Source of the DNA: Somniosus microcephalus
Taxonomy: Eukaryota
Assembly: GCA_052327205.1 (NCBI GenBank)
Contig: CM126203.1
Coordinates: 231,446,001 to 231,510,000 of the forward strand
Length of the DNA: 64,000 nt
Direction: 5' to 3'
Shown: positions 12,955 through 24,006 of the stretch, one piece after another
How the letters are laid out: the number at the start of each line of letters is the position of its first letter
Numbering within the stretch: the stretch's first letter is position 1
Translations under genes and position numbers: made by a program
The notes under the pieces: model-generated
What the model was told of the DNA's origin: nothing
Database searches by the model: none
The model's input: only the letters and a program-made list of their open reading frames with translations

Positions 12955-13707
12955 GGCCCAGAAATTCGGGTCTCCACGGGTGAGTACGCATGGGGTACTC
13001 ACCCGTAGGCCCGATGGAAGTGCCGGTTTCCTGCATGCGCAGGAAACCGGCACTTTGGTTCTTCTGATCGAAGAGGTTCAGAGGTCGAACGCGTGCGTGG
13101 GGGAGGCTGTGCGTGTGCATCGAACTTCGTTTTTTTTTCAGGTTTCCCCGGGAACGTAAGCCTGCAGAATTTAGAAATATAAAAAGCAGGCGTAAGGCCT
13201 GCTTTTTACAAGGTAAGTGGTGAATTAATTAAAATTAAAACATTTTTTCCACAGATTTATTATTTTTAAATACTTTAAAGCAAGGTAAGTTTAATTTTAG
13301 CCCCGTTAGAAAATAAAATTATTTTTTTCAAAAATTTAAATTATTGTTTAAAATAGATATTTCATATAATTTATAGTTTATTTAAAAATGTGATTTTTTT
13401 TTTTAGATTTATTTGAAGATTTAGTGATATTTTGGGGCCGTAGTATTTATAAGTCTTGACAGCTCTTCCTGTCAGACTTATGAATGGAGCATTCCCTGCT
13501 CCGATTGGCTGCCCATGGCCCACGTGATCCCAGGGGACACATCGAACTAACTGCAGCCCTGGGATACGTAAGCACTGCGCGCCGGCAGCTGGACCAGGCC
13601 CCGGATCGGAATTCCACGGGAGCCCAGAGCTCAACGGCTGGCGCGCAAGGTAAGTGCAGATCGGGGGCTTGTACCTGCGGGAAGCCCCCGACCTGAATTT
13701 CTGGGCC
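12955..13707. mobile_element. Non-autonomous Harbinger-type MITE, copy 2 (inverted relative to copy 1)
   Basis: TIRs GGCCCAGAAATTCGGG / CCTGAATTTCTGGGCC, TSD ATT; reverse complement of 9764-10506 along its length. Confidence 0.87.
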
Positions 13708-14176
13708 ATTTTTCCATAATGTAGATAACAGAAACTCCTGTACAGTTATTAGTGGAAAAGCCTGACAGGTTGTGCTGGTGTCTGGTTGTATTTAGAGGAT
13801 GTTCTGCTGTATTTCCTATGAGTGGACTCTGTGTCCTCGTTTGTTTCCTTGACTGTTTAAAAAAAACTCTTCCTACATGTATTTTCTCCTATCATGGAGG
13901 GGCAAGTAGGATAATGGGACACATTGCCCTCCCTGATATCAGTTAGCTGTGTTGCTTTTCTGTTGATTTGATCTTGAAGAACATCCCCTGGTTAGCCTCA
14001 AGGTGTGTTTTTTTTCTCCAGATTTCATTGTACTCACGTTGATCAGACCAGGGGACTGGCTGCAGCCACTTCAGTAGACTCTATAGAGGATGGTGCCAAG
14101 GCTGATAAATATTGGTGTGTGATCCATGCTGCAGGTCTTGACTGAGGTTACATAGGACTGAGGTATATAAATGTTT

Positions 14177-14300
14177 AAAACAAAAGCAAAATATTGTGGA
14201 TGCTGGAAATCTGAAATAAAACCAGAAAATGCTGGAAACACACAGCGCGTCAGGCAGCATCTGTGGAGAGAGAGGCAGCATCTGTGGAGAGAGTTAACGT
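14177..14300 (-). repeat. Truncated copy of Penelope-type terminal repeat
   Basis: GATGCTGGAAATCTGAAATAAAACCAGAAAATGCTGGAAA..GGCAGCATCTGTGGAGAGAG; ends at GAGTTAACGT within the hammerhead stem. Confidence 0.65.
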
Positions 14301-15149
14301 GGGTAATTTTAACCTAAATCATCAGACAGGAAACCTACGGTGCAATGCTGGTTTTACAGCCAACCCAATATTACTCTCTATTGACTTCAATGGAGACTTA
14401 AATCAGGCAGGGTATAAAACTAGTGGGTTAGGTTAAAATTGCCCCCAACGTTTCAGGGCATTCTGCAATGGAGCCTAGTTAATGTTTCAAGGATTGTGTT
14501 AGTCTGCAGCATGCTGTACGACTTTAAAGAGCCATCAACAGGGAGGTCCATAGGAGGTAGGCTCCTGCGCAACAAGTGGATTGCTAAGAGTAGCAGGAGG
14601 AGCCTGAAAATGCAGCAGAACAGAACATGTTGCCAAGTGTAAGCTCTCATACCAGTAGACCTGCTCCTAATTTTGCCACTAACAGTCCTGTCTGCATCTT
14701 CCTATTCCCTTCCCAAATATGCTTTTGCCTACAGTCTTAAATCTTCCACTCAGCTCACAAATATCCATGCCTGCAGGAACACTCTCTGCACACGGCTGCA
14801 GTCCTACCAGATTCTTAACATCAAAACATGCAGTGTTTGTAAATGCCGAGTGTTTGCTTCCATGGTCCCCCCCCCCCCACCCCCCGGCACCCCCCTCAGT
14901 GACAGTGTGTGTGATCTATGTGCTCTCAAACCTAGTCTTGTGCTTCTTTCAACAGACAGCTCCAGACAGCTGTGTGTGCATAAGAACCTCTTGAGATTGA
15001 GGTGGCCCATGCCTTCTGGCAGCTGGGTCCTTAGATCAAGCAGCTGCCCCATCATTTTTGTGATGGGTGGGCAGTTTGACTCTACATTTTCTGCCACATG
15101 TGCAGACATGAGAGGGAGCTTTTAAAAAATATTTGTTCTTGGGATGTGG

Positions 15150-16898
15150 GCAAGACTGGCAAAGCAGTATAGTAAAATATAGGCACATCGAAAAGGAATG
15201 TTGGGATGGGAATAGGGCCATCAAAGGACAGACAGGATAATACCACAGGTAACGATAGGGAGATGGCAGAAATATTAATTATTTCGCTTCAGTATTTACC
15301 AGATAGAACAGGTGGACATGACATTGGATGATGAGATTAGTAATGAGATAAGCGCATTTAAAATAAAAAAGGGGATATATTAAATAAACTAACCAAACTC
15401 AAAGAGGATAAAACCCCTGGTCCAGATGGATTGCATCCACGCATTTTAAAATAATCTAGGGAAGAGATAGCAGAGGCATTACTGCACATATTTAATAATT
15501 CATTTGAAAAAGGTGTAGTGCCAGAGGATTGGCGGATAGCTAATGTAATACCGATATTTAAGAAGGGGAAAGAACATTTCCAGGGAATTATAGACCAGTC
15601 AGCTTAACATTGGTGTTAGGAAAAATAATGGAATCCCTACTAAAGGAGAAAATAGAAGAACATATAGAAAACAAAAATATAATAATGAATAGTTAGCATG
15701 TATTTCAAAAGGGAAACTCTTGCTTGACCAACCTTATTGAATTTTTTGAAGAGGTAACAGAGAGAGTAGACAATGGTAATGCAGTAGATGTAATTTATCA
15801 AGATTTTCAAAAGGCCTTTGATAAGGTACCCCATAATAGACTGATGAACAAGGTCAGAGAATGCGGAGTCAGGGGACAAGTAGCAGAATGGATTGCTGGC
15901 TGACTTCAGAAAGCAGAGAGTAGGGGTAAAAGGTAACTATTCATAGTGGCAGAAGGTGGGTAGTGGTGTTCCACAAGGATCAGTGCTGGGACCACTGCAC
16001 TTCACAATTGACATTAATGATTTAGACTTTGGAATCAAAAACACAATTTCTAAATTTGCGGATGACACCAAATTAGGGGGGATAGTCAATACTGAGGAGG
16101 ACTGCAACAAATTACAGGAGGACATTAATAAACTTGCAAAATGGGCATATAATTGGCAAATGAAGTTCAACACAGAAAAGTGTGAGGTTTTACATTTTGG
16201 TAGGAAGAATAGGGAGGTCACTTATCACTTAGAGGGTGCGAGTCTAGTTGGGGTAGAGGAACAAAGGGATCTCGGAGTACAAATACATAAATCACTAAAA
16301 ATTGTGACACAGGTTAGCAAGGCCATAAAAAAGGCAAACCAAGCACTAGGGTTTATTTCTAGAGGGATAGAATTGAAAAGTAGGGAAGTTATGCTAAACC
16401 TATATCGAACCGTGGTTAGACCACACTTGGAATACTGCATACAGTTCTGGTCGCCATATTATAAAAAGGATATAGAGGCACTGGAGAGGGTGCAGAGAAG
16501 ATTTATAAGGAGGATACCAGAAATGCGAGGGTATAAATATCAGGAAAGGATGAACAGGCTGGGTCTCTTTTCACTTGGGAAAAAAAGAAGGCTGAGGGGT
16601 GAATTAATAGAGGTCTTTAAAATTATGAAAGGTTTTGATAGAGTGGATGCAGAGAGAATGTTTCCACTTGTGGGGAAAAGCATAACTAGATGCCATCAAT
16701 ATAAGATAGTCACCAAGAAATCCAATAGGGAATTCAGAAGAAACTTCTTTACCCAAAGAGTAACCCTATAGAGGGTTCTGCTGATAGATTTAGATGAGGA
16801 AGGACGGGAGGAGGCTCGAGTGGAGCATAAATGCCGACATGGACTGGTTGGGCTGAATGGCCTGTTTCTGTGCCATACATCCTATATAATCCTATGTA
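15150..16898 (+). mobile_element. 5'-truncated, degenerate CR1 LINE (second subfamily)
   Basis: RT motifs GVPQGSVLGP, KFADDTKLGG, RPHLEYCIQFWSPY in ORF 15956-16771; frameshifted upstream part; CR1-type 3' UTR. Confidence 0.88.
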
Positions 16899-18216
16899 CT
16901 ATTTATTGCCCATCTCTAGTTGCCCTGAGGGCATTAAGAGTCAACCATGTATTGTAGGACTGGTGTCACATGTAATCTCTCTCTTCTTAGGCAGTCCCTC
17001 GGAACCGAGGATGATTTGCTTCCACATTAAAAATGAGTTCCCAGGTGACTAATGAGTCCAATGCGGGACCTACAGTCTCTGTCACAGGTGAGGCAGACGG
17101 TGGTTGAAGGGGCGGGTGGGTGGGGTGCTTGGGTTGATGTGCACTCCTTGCGCTGCCTGCACTTGGCTTCCGCTTGCTCCCGGCAAAAACACTCGAGGTG
17201 TTCAGCGCCTTCTCAGATGCTTCTCCTCCACTTTGTGTGGTCTTGGGCCAGGGATTCCCAGGTGTCAGTGGGGATGTTGCACTTTTTCAAGGAGGCTTTG
17301 AGGGTGTCCTTGAAGCATTTCCTCTGCCCACCTGGGGCTCTCTTGCTGTGTCAGAGCTCCGAGTAGAGCGCTTGTTTTGGGAGTCTTGTATCGGGCATGC
17401 GGACGATGTGACCTATCCATCAGAGCTGATCGAGCGTGGTCAAAGCTTTGATGCTGGGGATGTTGGCCTGAGCGAGAACACTGACATTGGTGCGCCTATC
17501 TTGCCGATGGATTTGCAGGATCTTGCAGAGGCAGCATTGGTGGTACCTCTCCAGTGCATTGAGGTGCCTGCTGTACATGGTCCATGTCTCTGAGGCATAC
17601 AGCAGGACTGGTATCACTGCTGCTCTTTAGAACATGAGCTTAGTGCCAGGTTTGCGGTCCTGGTCTTCAAACACACTTCCTCAGGCGACCGAAGACTGCA
17701 CTGGCACATGAAAGCGGTGTTGAACTTCATCATCAACGTCTGTCCTTGTTGACAGTAGGCTCCCGAGGTATGGTTGTGGTCCACATTGTCCAAGGCCTTG
17801 TCGTGGATTTTGATAATCGGGGAGCAGTACTGTGTGGCGGGGGCAGCTTGGTAGAGGACCTTTGTCTGCCGGATGTTTAGTGTAATGCCCATGCTCTCGT
17901 ATGCTTCGGTGAAGGTGTTGACAATGGTTTTGAGATCGACCTCCAAGTGAGCGCAGACGCAAGCGTCGTCTGTGATATGCCATCAATGACTCAAAGACAA
18001 GGATTTAACTGAAGGCTTTTAATCACTAAGAACATAGCAGCATAGCAGGTCTTCCCACATCGGGTTCATCTGGTAGTGAGTGACTCATACAGCTCCTGAG
18101 ACCTTTATATGGCAAAAGACAGGGGCGTAGCCAATACACACAATAGGAACAAAAGGGTGCGGTTCACACAATACAAGCAGGTCTGGTGAAGGCATATTTC
18201 ATCACATTCACCTCTT

Positions 18217-19567
18217 CTACAGATTTAGTCTGTCCGGGGGTGTGATAGTCCTTCCTGAACGTCGCAACAGTACCTCGGGTTCCGACCGGGAGTCCGTGGT
18301 GCCCTCCTGGGCATACCCATGTGCCGGGGGTGTTGCAGGTACTTCTGGGGGTGGTGAGGATACCTCTGGGGATGGTGGAGGTTCTTCTGGGGGTGGTGGT
18401 GATGGGTCATCATCGTCGCTTCCTGCCGAGGCGAGGTCCTTTATGGACACGGTGTCTTCACGCCCGTCGGCGTGCTTGACATACGCGTACTGTGGGTTTG
18501 CGTGGAGTAGGTGTACTGCCTCCATGAGGGGATCCGTTTTGTGGCCCCTCACATGCTTCCGTAACAGGACTGTCCCTGGGGTGGAGAGCCACGAGGGTAG
18601 GGATACTCCTGAGGTTGATTTGCGGGGAAAAACAAACATCTTCTCGTGAGGAGTGGCGTTAGTAGCAGTACACAGTAGCGACCTTATCGAGTGGAGTACG
18701 TCTGGGAGGACCTCCTGCCAGCGGGAGGTGGGGAGGCCTTTAGACCTTAGTGCTAAGGTGACCGCCTTCCACGCTGTCGCGTTCTCCCTCTCCACTTGCC
18801 CATTACCCCGGGGGTTATAACTAGTGGTCCGACTCGTGGCTATCCCCTTCGACAGCGGGTATTGGCGCAATTCATCGCTCATGAACGACGCCCCCCCTGT
18901 CAGTGTGGATGTAGTTAGGCATGCCGAACGTGCAAAACAGGTTGCCGAGGCACTTGATGACCGTGGCACTGGTCATATCTGGGCAGGGGTAGGCGAATGG
19001 GAAGCGGGAGTACTCGTCCACAATGTTGAGAAAGTACACATTGCGGTCGGTGGAGGGGAGTGGTCCCTTGAAATCTAAGCTCAGGCGCTCGAATGGCCGT
19101 GTAGCTTTGATCAGGTGGGCTCGGTCGGGTCTGAAAAAACGGGGCTTGCGTTCCGCACAGGTGCGGCAGTCCCTGGTCATAGACCGGACCTCCTCGATGG
19201 AATAGGGCAGGTTATGGGATTTTATAAAATGGAATAGCCGGGTGACCCCCGGGTGGCAGAGGCCATTGTGGAGGCCCTGTAGCCTGTCCCCCTGGATGCT
19301 GGCACACATCCCTCGTGATAGGGCGTCGGGGGATTCGTTGAGGGCCCCCGGCCTATATACTATGTCGTACTCAAACGTGGAGAGTTCGATCCGCCACCTG
19401 AGAATTTTGTCGTTCTTGATCTTCCCCCTCTGTTTGTTGTTAAACATGAAGGCTACCGACCGCTGGTCGGTAAACAGGGTGAAGCGTTTGCCGGCTAGGT
19501 AGTGCCTCCAGTGCCGCACTGTCTCCACTATGGCCTGGGCCTCCTTCTCTACCGAGGAGTGCCTGAT
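18217..19567 (-). pseudogene. Element A pol 3' part (RNase H end plus integrase), frameshifted
   Basis: ORFs 18872-19528 and 18217-18969 join across a C-run near 18891; HHCC, SLDFKGP, HTDRG, GQVEREN. Confidence 0.88.
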
Positions 19568-22500
19568 TGATGTGCCTCAATAATCCCGAGACTCGATGTT
19601 AGCGGAACAAAACAAGGCTTTTATTAACTTAGAAGATAACACGCAGTGGAGAGAGGTATCTTCCATCTGGAGCTCTGCAGTACTGGATATGAGGCCAGAC
19701 TGAGCTGGCTTACATAGAGGCCAGGTATGGGCGGAGCCCTACACACAACACATTCCATACATTCCAATATACAATACAATGGTGAGGAGAAACCTGAAAC
19801 CAACCACAGTCACAGGCAATACAATGGTGAGGGGAAACCTGAAACCAACCACAGTCACAGGCAGTGATGAATGGAATATTTCATCACATTCACCCCTTCT
19901 ATAGATTTAGTCTGTTCGGGGGTTTGGTAGTCCTCTGCGACCGACGTGGCTGTTGTGGTGTCACGGGTGTCGGCTGGGTGTCCCCGGTGGCCTCCTGGGT
20001 CTCTGCCAGGGGTGCCGCCAGGGTTGATGAAGGGGTAGTTGGTGGGGGTGCCGTTGGTCGATGTTCTTCCGGGGGTGATGAAAGAGTAGTGGGTGGGTAA
20101 GAGTTGCTGTGGTCGTTGTTGCTGCTATTGCCGTGGCTGTTGTCGTTACCGGCTGGGGCGACGTCTTTTATTGACACGGTGTCCTCCCTTCCGTCGGCGT
20201 GCCGGACATACGCGTATTGGGGGTTGGCGTGGAGTAGGTGCACTGGCTCCACGAGAGGGTCCGTCTTATGGCCCCTCACATGCCTTCGCACGAATACCGG
20301 ACCTGGGGTGGAGAGCCATGACGGCATGGATACGCCTGAGGTGGATTTCCGGGGAAAGCTAAACATTCGTTCATGAGGCGTGGCATTAGTGGCAGTACAC
20401 AATAGCGACCGTATCGAATGGAGCACATCTGAGAGGACTTCCTGCCAGCGGGAGATAGGGAGGCCCTTGGTCCTTAGAGCTAGAGTGACTGCTTTCCATA
20501 CTGTCCCGTTCTCTCGCTCCACTTGACCATTACCCCGGGGGTTGTAGCTGGTGGTACGGCTCGTGGCGATACCCCTGGACAGCATGTACTGGCGTAGCTC
20601 TTCACTCATGAAGGATGCCCCCCTATCCGTGTGGATGTAGCTCGGCATACCGAACAGGCAGAACAGGCTGTTGAGACATTTAATGACCGTGGCGCTGGTC
20701 ATGTCTGGGCAGGGGAAGGCGAATGGGAACCGGGAGTATTCGTCCACAATGTTCAGGAAGTAAACATTGCGGTCGACGGACGGGAGGGGGCCCTTGAAAT
20801 CTAAGCTGAGCCGCTCAAAGGGCCGTGTAGCTTTGATTAAGTGGGCTCTATCAGGGTGGTAGAACCGAGGCTTGCACTCAGCGCAAGTGCGGCAGTTCCT
20901 GGTCAGAGGCCGAACTTCCTCAATCGAGTAGGGTAAGTTGCGGGACTTTATGAAGTGGAACAGCCGCGTGACCCCTGGGTGGCAGAGGTCGTTGTGGAGG
21001 GTCTGTAGCCGATCCCCGGTGGCGCTGGCACACATCCCTCGTGAGAGGGCATCTGGGGATTCGTTAAGGGCCCCTGGCCGGTAAATGATGTCATACTCGA
21101 AGGTGGAGAGCTCGATCCGCCACCTAAGAATCTTATCATTTTTGATCTTCCCCCTCTGTTTATTATGGAACATAAACGCTACCGACCGCTGGTCGGTAAG
21201 TAGGGTGAAGCGTTTGCCGGCTAGGTAGTGGCGCCAGTGGCGCACTGCCTCCACGATGGCTTGGGCCTCCTTTTCCACAGAGGAGTGTCTGATCTCGGGC
21301 CCTTGGAGGGTCCTCGAGAAGAAAGCTACGGGCCGCCCCGCCTGGTTGAGGGTGGCCGCCAAGGCAAAGTCAGACGCATCGCTTTCCACTTGAAATGGAG
21401 TGTTCTCGTCCACTGCCTGTAGCGTGGCCCGCTCAATATCCTGCTTAATGCTTTTGAAGGCGGCGTGGGCCTCAGCAGAGAGCGGAAAAGAGGATGCTTT
21501 CAAGAGGGGGTGGGCTTTGTCGGAGTAGTTGGGGACCCATTGGGAATAATAAGAAAATAAGCCCAGGCACCTTTTCAGGGCTTTGGGAGTGTTGGGCAGG
21601 GGCAGCTCCCGTAGGGGGCGCAATCGGTCGGGGTCTGGTCCGATTTCCCCATTCTCCACCACGCTGCCTAGTATGCAGAGGCGCGTGGTGTTGAAAACGC
21701 ACTTGTCCTCGTTGTAGGTGAGGTTGAGTTTTTGTGCGGTTTTCAGGAACCTCTCGAGGTTCGAGTCGTGATCCTGCTGGTTGTGACCGCAGATGGTGAC
21801 GTTGTCGAGGTAGGGGAAGGTTGCCTGCAAGTGGTGGTCATCGACCATGCGATCCATCTCCCTCTGGAAGACCGAGACCCCATTCGTCACCCCAAAGGGG
21901 ATTCTGAGGAATTGGTAGAGGCGTCCGTTCGCCTCGAAGGCGGTGTACGGGCGGTCCTCTGGTCTGATAGGGAGCTGGTGGTACGCTGACTTGAGGTCGA
22001 TGGTGGAGAACACCCGGTATTGGGCGATTTGGTTCACCATTTCTGATATGCGGGGTAGCGGGTAGGCGTCTAGTTGGGTGTACCTGTTGATCGTTTGGCT
22101 ATAGTCGATCACCATCCGTTTCTTCTCGCTACCCCTTACCACCACCACTTGGGCGCGCCACGGGCTATTGCTGCATTCAATAATGCGCTCTTTCAGGAGC
22201 CTGTCTACCTCGGTCGCGATAGACCGCCTGTCCTCCCAGCTGTACCTCCTGCTTTTGGTCGCTATTGGCCGGCAGTTAGGGGTAAGGTTCGCGAATAGCG
22301 AAGGCGGCTTTACCTTCAGGGTAGCCAGGCCGCACACTGTGAGGGGCGGCTGGGACCCACCGTACTTGAGCGTGATGCTTTGGTGGTTGCACTGGAAATC
22401 CAGGCCCAAGATCACGCTCGCGCATAGATTCTTCATGATTAATACTTTAAAATTATCGTATACAGTCCCGTTAACGGACAATTGTACCGTGCAGTAACCC

Positions 22501-24006
22501 AGAATGGTCGATGTCTGGGTTTTATCAGCCATAGAGATGGTACCCCGAGTAGGGACCACCTTTAGGGAGAGTTGTTGTGCCAGTTCAGGGTGGATAAAAC
22601 TCTCCGTGCTTCCGCTGTCAATTAAACATTTAACCCGGCACCCGTTTACCTCGATGTCCACCATTGATTTGGATAGCGGGTGGGGCCTGGTCTGGTCCAC
22701 TGTAACCGATGCCACTGTAGGGCCCTGATCGAGACAAGATGGCGTCCACGCTGTCTGCTCACAAGATGGCGGACCCCACGAGGTCGGGCAAGATGGCGTC
22801 CAAGATGGCCGCTCCCACGGCGCACACGCAGCGGTGGCGGGTTTTGGTTTTCCGGCGGGGTTCCCTCTGCACACCTTCCCGAAGTGCCCCTTCTTACCGC
22901 ACTTAAAGCAGGTGGTGCCTTTCGCCGGGCACAGGTTTCTGGTGTGCTTTGGCTGCCCGCAGAAGTAGTAGTTGGGTCCCCGACGCGTCGCGGCTGTCGT
23001 AGGGCTTCTGGGGGGAGAGCGGGGCCCCGACGGTGTCGGGCTGCCGGGCGGGGAAGATGCCTTCCAAGATGGCGGCGCCTTTGGTGCACACGTGGCGGCG
23101 TGGACGGCGCGGGCTGAAGAGTAGGCGTCCGAGTTTCTCTGGGCCACATCCAGGGATCGCGCGGTGTCCGCAGCCTGTTTCAGGTCCAATCCCGTTTTTT
23201 CCAGCAGTCTTTGCCGGATGTAAGTGGAGCTGAGACCTGTGATAAAGGCATCGCGAACAAGCTCGTCGGTGTACACTGCGGCTTTTACATCTCGGCACTT
23301 GCAGTCTTTGCCAAGCATTTTCAGGGTGCCTAGGAACTCCTCCACTGATTCCCCAGGTCGCTGTGCGCGAGTGGCGAGCAGATGCCTAGCATACACCTCA
23401 TTCGTAGGCTGCTGGTAATGCGCCTTTAAGATGTCGCAGGCGGCCAGGTACGTGTCGGCGTCTTGGATGAGGGGGTAAACCCGGTGGCTTACCCAATTCC
23501 GCAGAATTCCGAGTTTCATACTCGCAGCGTCCGTAGCGTCTTTGACGGCTGCGGAATTGTCCAGGAAGAATTCCATACACATAAACCAGTGTCCGAAGCG
23601 TGCTGATGTGTCCGGAGCATGCTGATCCAAATCCAAACGTTCGGGTTTCAGGAGTTGATCCATTGTGTTGAAAAATAAGTTAATAAAATTGATGTGCCTC
23701 AATAATCCCGAGACTCGATGTTAGCGGAACAAAACAAGGCTTTTATTAACTTAGAAGATAACACGCAGTGGAGAGAGGTATCTTCCATCTGGAGCTCTGC
23801 AGTACTGGATATGAGGCCAGACTGAGCTGGCTTACATAGAGGCCAGGTATGGGCGGAGCCCTACACACAACACATTCCATACATCCCAATATACAATACA
23901 ATGGTGAGGAGAAACCTGAAACCAACCACAGTCACAGGCAATACAATGGTGAGGGGAAACCTGAAACCAACCACAGTCACAGGCAGTGATGAATGGAATA
24001 TTTCAT
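19568..24006 (-). mobile_element. Gypsy LTR retrotransposon B nested in element A
   Basis: Near-identical LTRs 19568-19888 and 23690-~24006, PPT AGAAGGGGTGAA; the right junction lacks the last ~4 LTR bases and a clean TSD. Confidence 0.93.
19899..23663 (-). CDS. Element B uninterrupted gag-pol polyprotein (~1254 aa)
   Basis: Starts MDQLLKPERL; CCHC knuckle CFKCGKKGHFGKVC, protease LIDSGS, RT YLDN, RNase H ESDAS, integrase HHCC/DDE. First knuckle has a C>Y change relative to element A. Confidence 0.92.
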   Translation of the reverse strand: MDQLLKPERLDLDQHAPDTSARFGHWFMCMEFFLDNSAAVKDATDAASMKLGILRNWVSHRVYPLIQDADTYLAACDILKAHYQQPTNEVYARHLLATRAQRPGESVEEFLGTLKMLGKDCKCRDVKAAVYTDELVRDAFITGLSSTYIRQRLLEKTGLDLKQAADTARSLDVAQRNSDAYSSARAVHAATCAPKAPPSWKASSPPGSPTPSGPRSPPRSPTTAATRRGPNYYFCGQPKHTRNLCPAKGTTCFKCGKKGHFGKVCRGNPAGKPKPATAACAPWERPSWTPSCPTSWGPPSCEQTAWTPSCLDQGPTVASVTVDQTRPHPLSKSMVDIEVNGCRVKCLIDSGSTESFIHPELAQQLSLKVVPTRGTISMADKTQTSTILGYCTVQLSVNGTVYDNFKVLIMKNLCASVILGLDFQCNHQSITLKYGGSQPPLTVCGLATLKVKPPSLFANLTPNCRPIATKSRRYSWEDRRSIATEVDRLLKERIIECSNSPWRAQVVVVRGSEKKRMVIDYSQTINRYTQLDAYPLPRISEMVNQIAQYRVFSTIDLKSAYHQLPIRPEDRPYTAFEANGRLYQFLRIPFGVTNGVSVFQREMDRMVDDHHLQATFPYLDNVTICGHNQQDHDSNLERFLKTAQKLNLTYNEDKCVFNTTRLCILGSVVENGEIGPDPDRLRPLRELPLPNTPKALKRCLGLFSYYSQWVPNYSDKAHPLLKASSFPLSAEAHAAFKSIKQDIERATLQAVDENTPFQVESDASDFALAATLNQAGRPVAFFSRTLQGPEIRHSSVEKEAQAIVEAVRHWRHYLAGKRFTLLTDQRSVAFMFHNKQRGKIKNDKILRWRIELSTFEYDIIYRPGALNESPDALSRGMCASATGDRLQTLHNDLCHPGVTRLFHFIKSRNLPYSIEEVRPLTRNCRTCAECKPRFYHPDRAHLIKATRPFERLSLDFKGPLPSVDRNVYFLNIVDEYSRFPFAFPCPDMTSATVIKCLNSLFCLFGMPSYIHTDRGASFMSEELRQYMLSRGIATSRTTSYNPRGNGQVERENGTVWKAVTLALRTKGLPISRWQEVLSDVLHSIRSLLCTATNATPHERMFSFPRKSTSGVSMPSWLSTPGPVFVRRHVRGHKTDPLVEPVHLLHANPQYAYVRHADGREDTVSIKDVAPAGNDNSHGNSSNNDHSNSYPPTTLSSPPEEHRPTAPPPTTPSSTLAAPLAETQEATGDTQPTPVTPQQPRRSQRTTKPPNRLNL

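Noticed and set aside
14440-15120. Possible very old Harbinger fragments
   Set aside because: Only faint motif resemblance (CSMLY); boundaries and TIRs not supportable.
23664-23702. N-terminal extension MRHINFINLFFNT of the 1267-aa ORF
   Set aside because: Begins in the LTR at a non-ATG codon; homology with element A places the start at MDQLLKP (23663).
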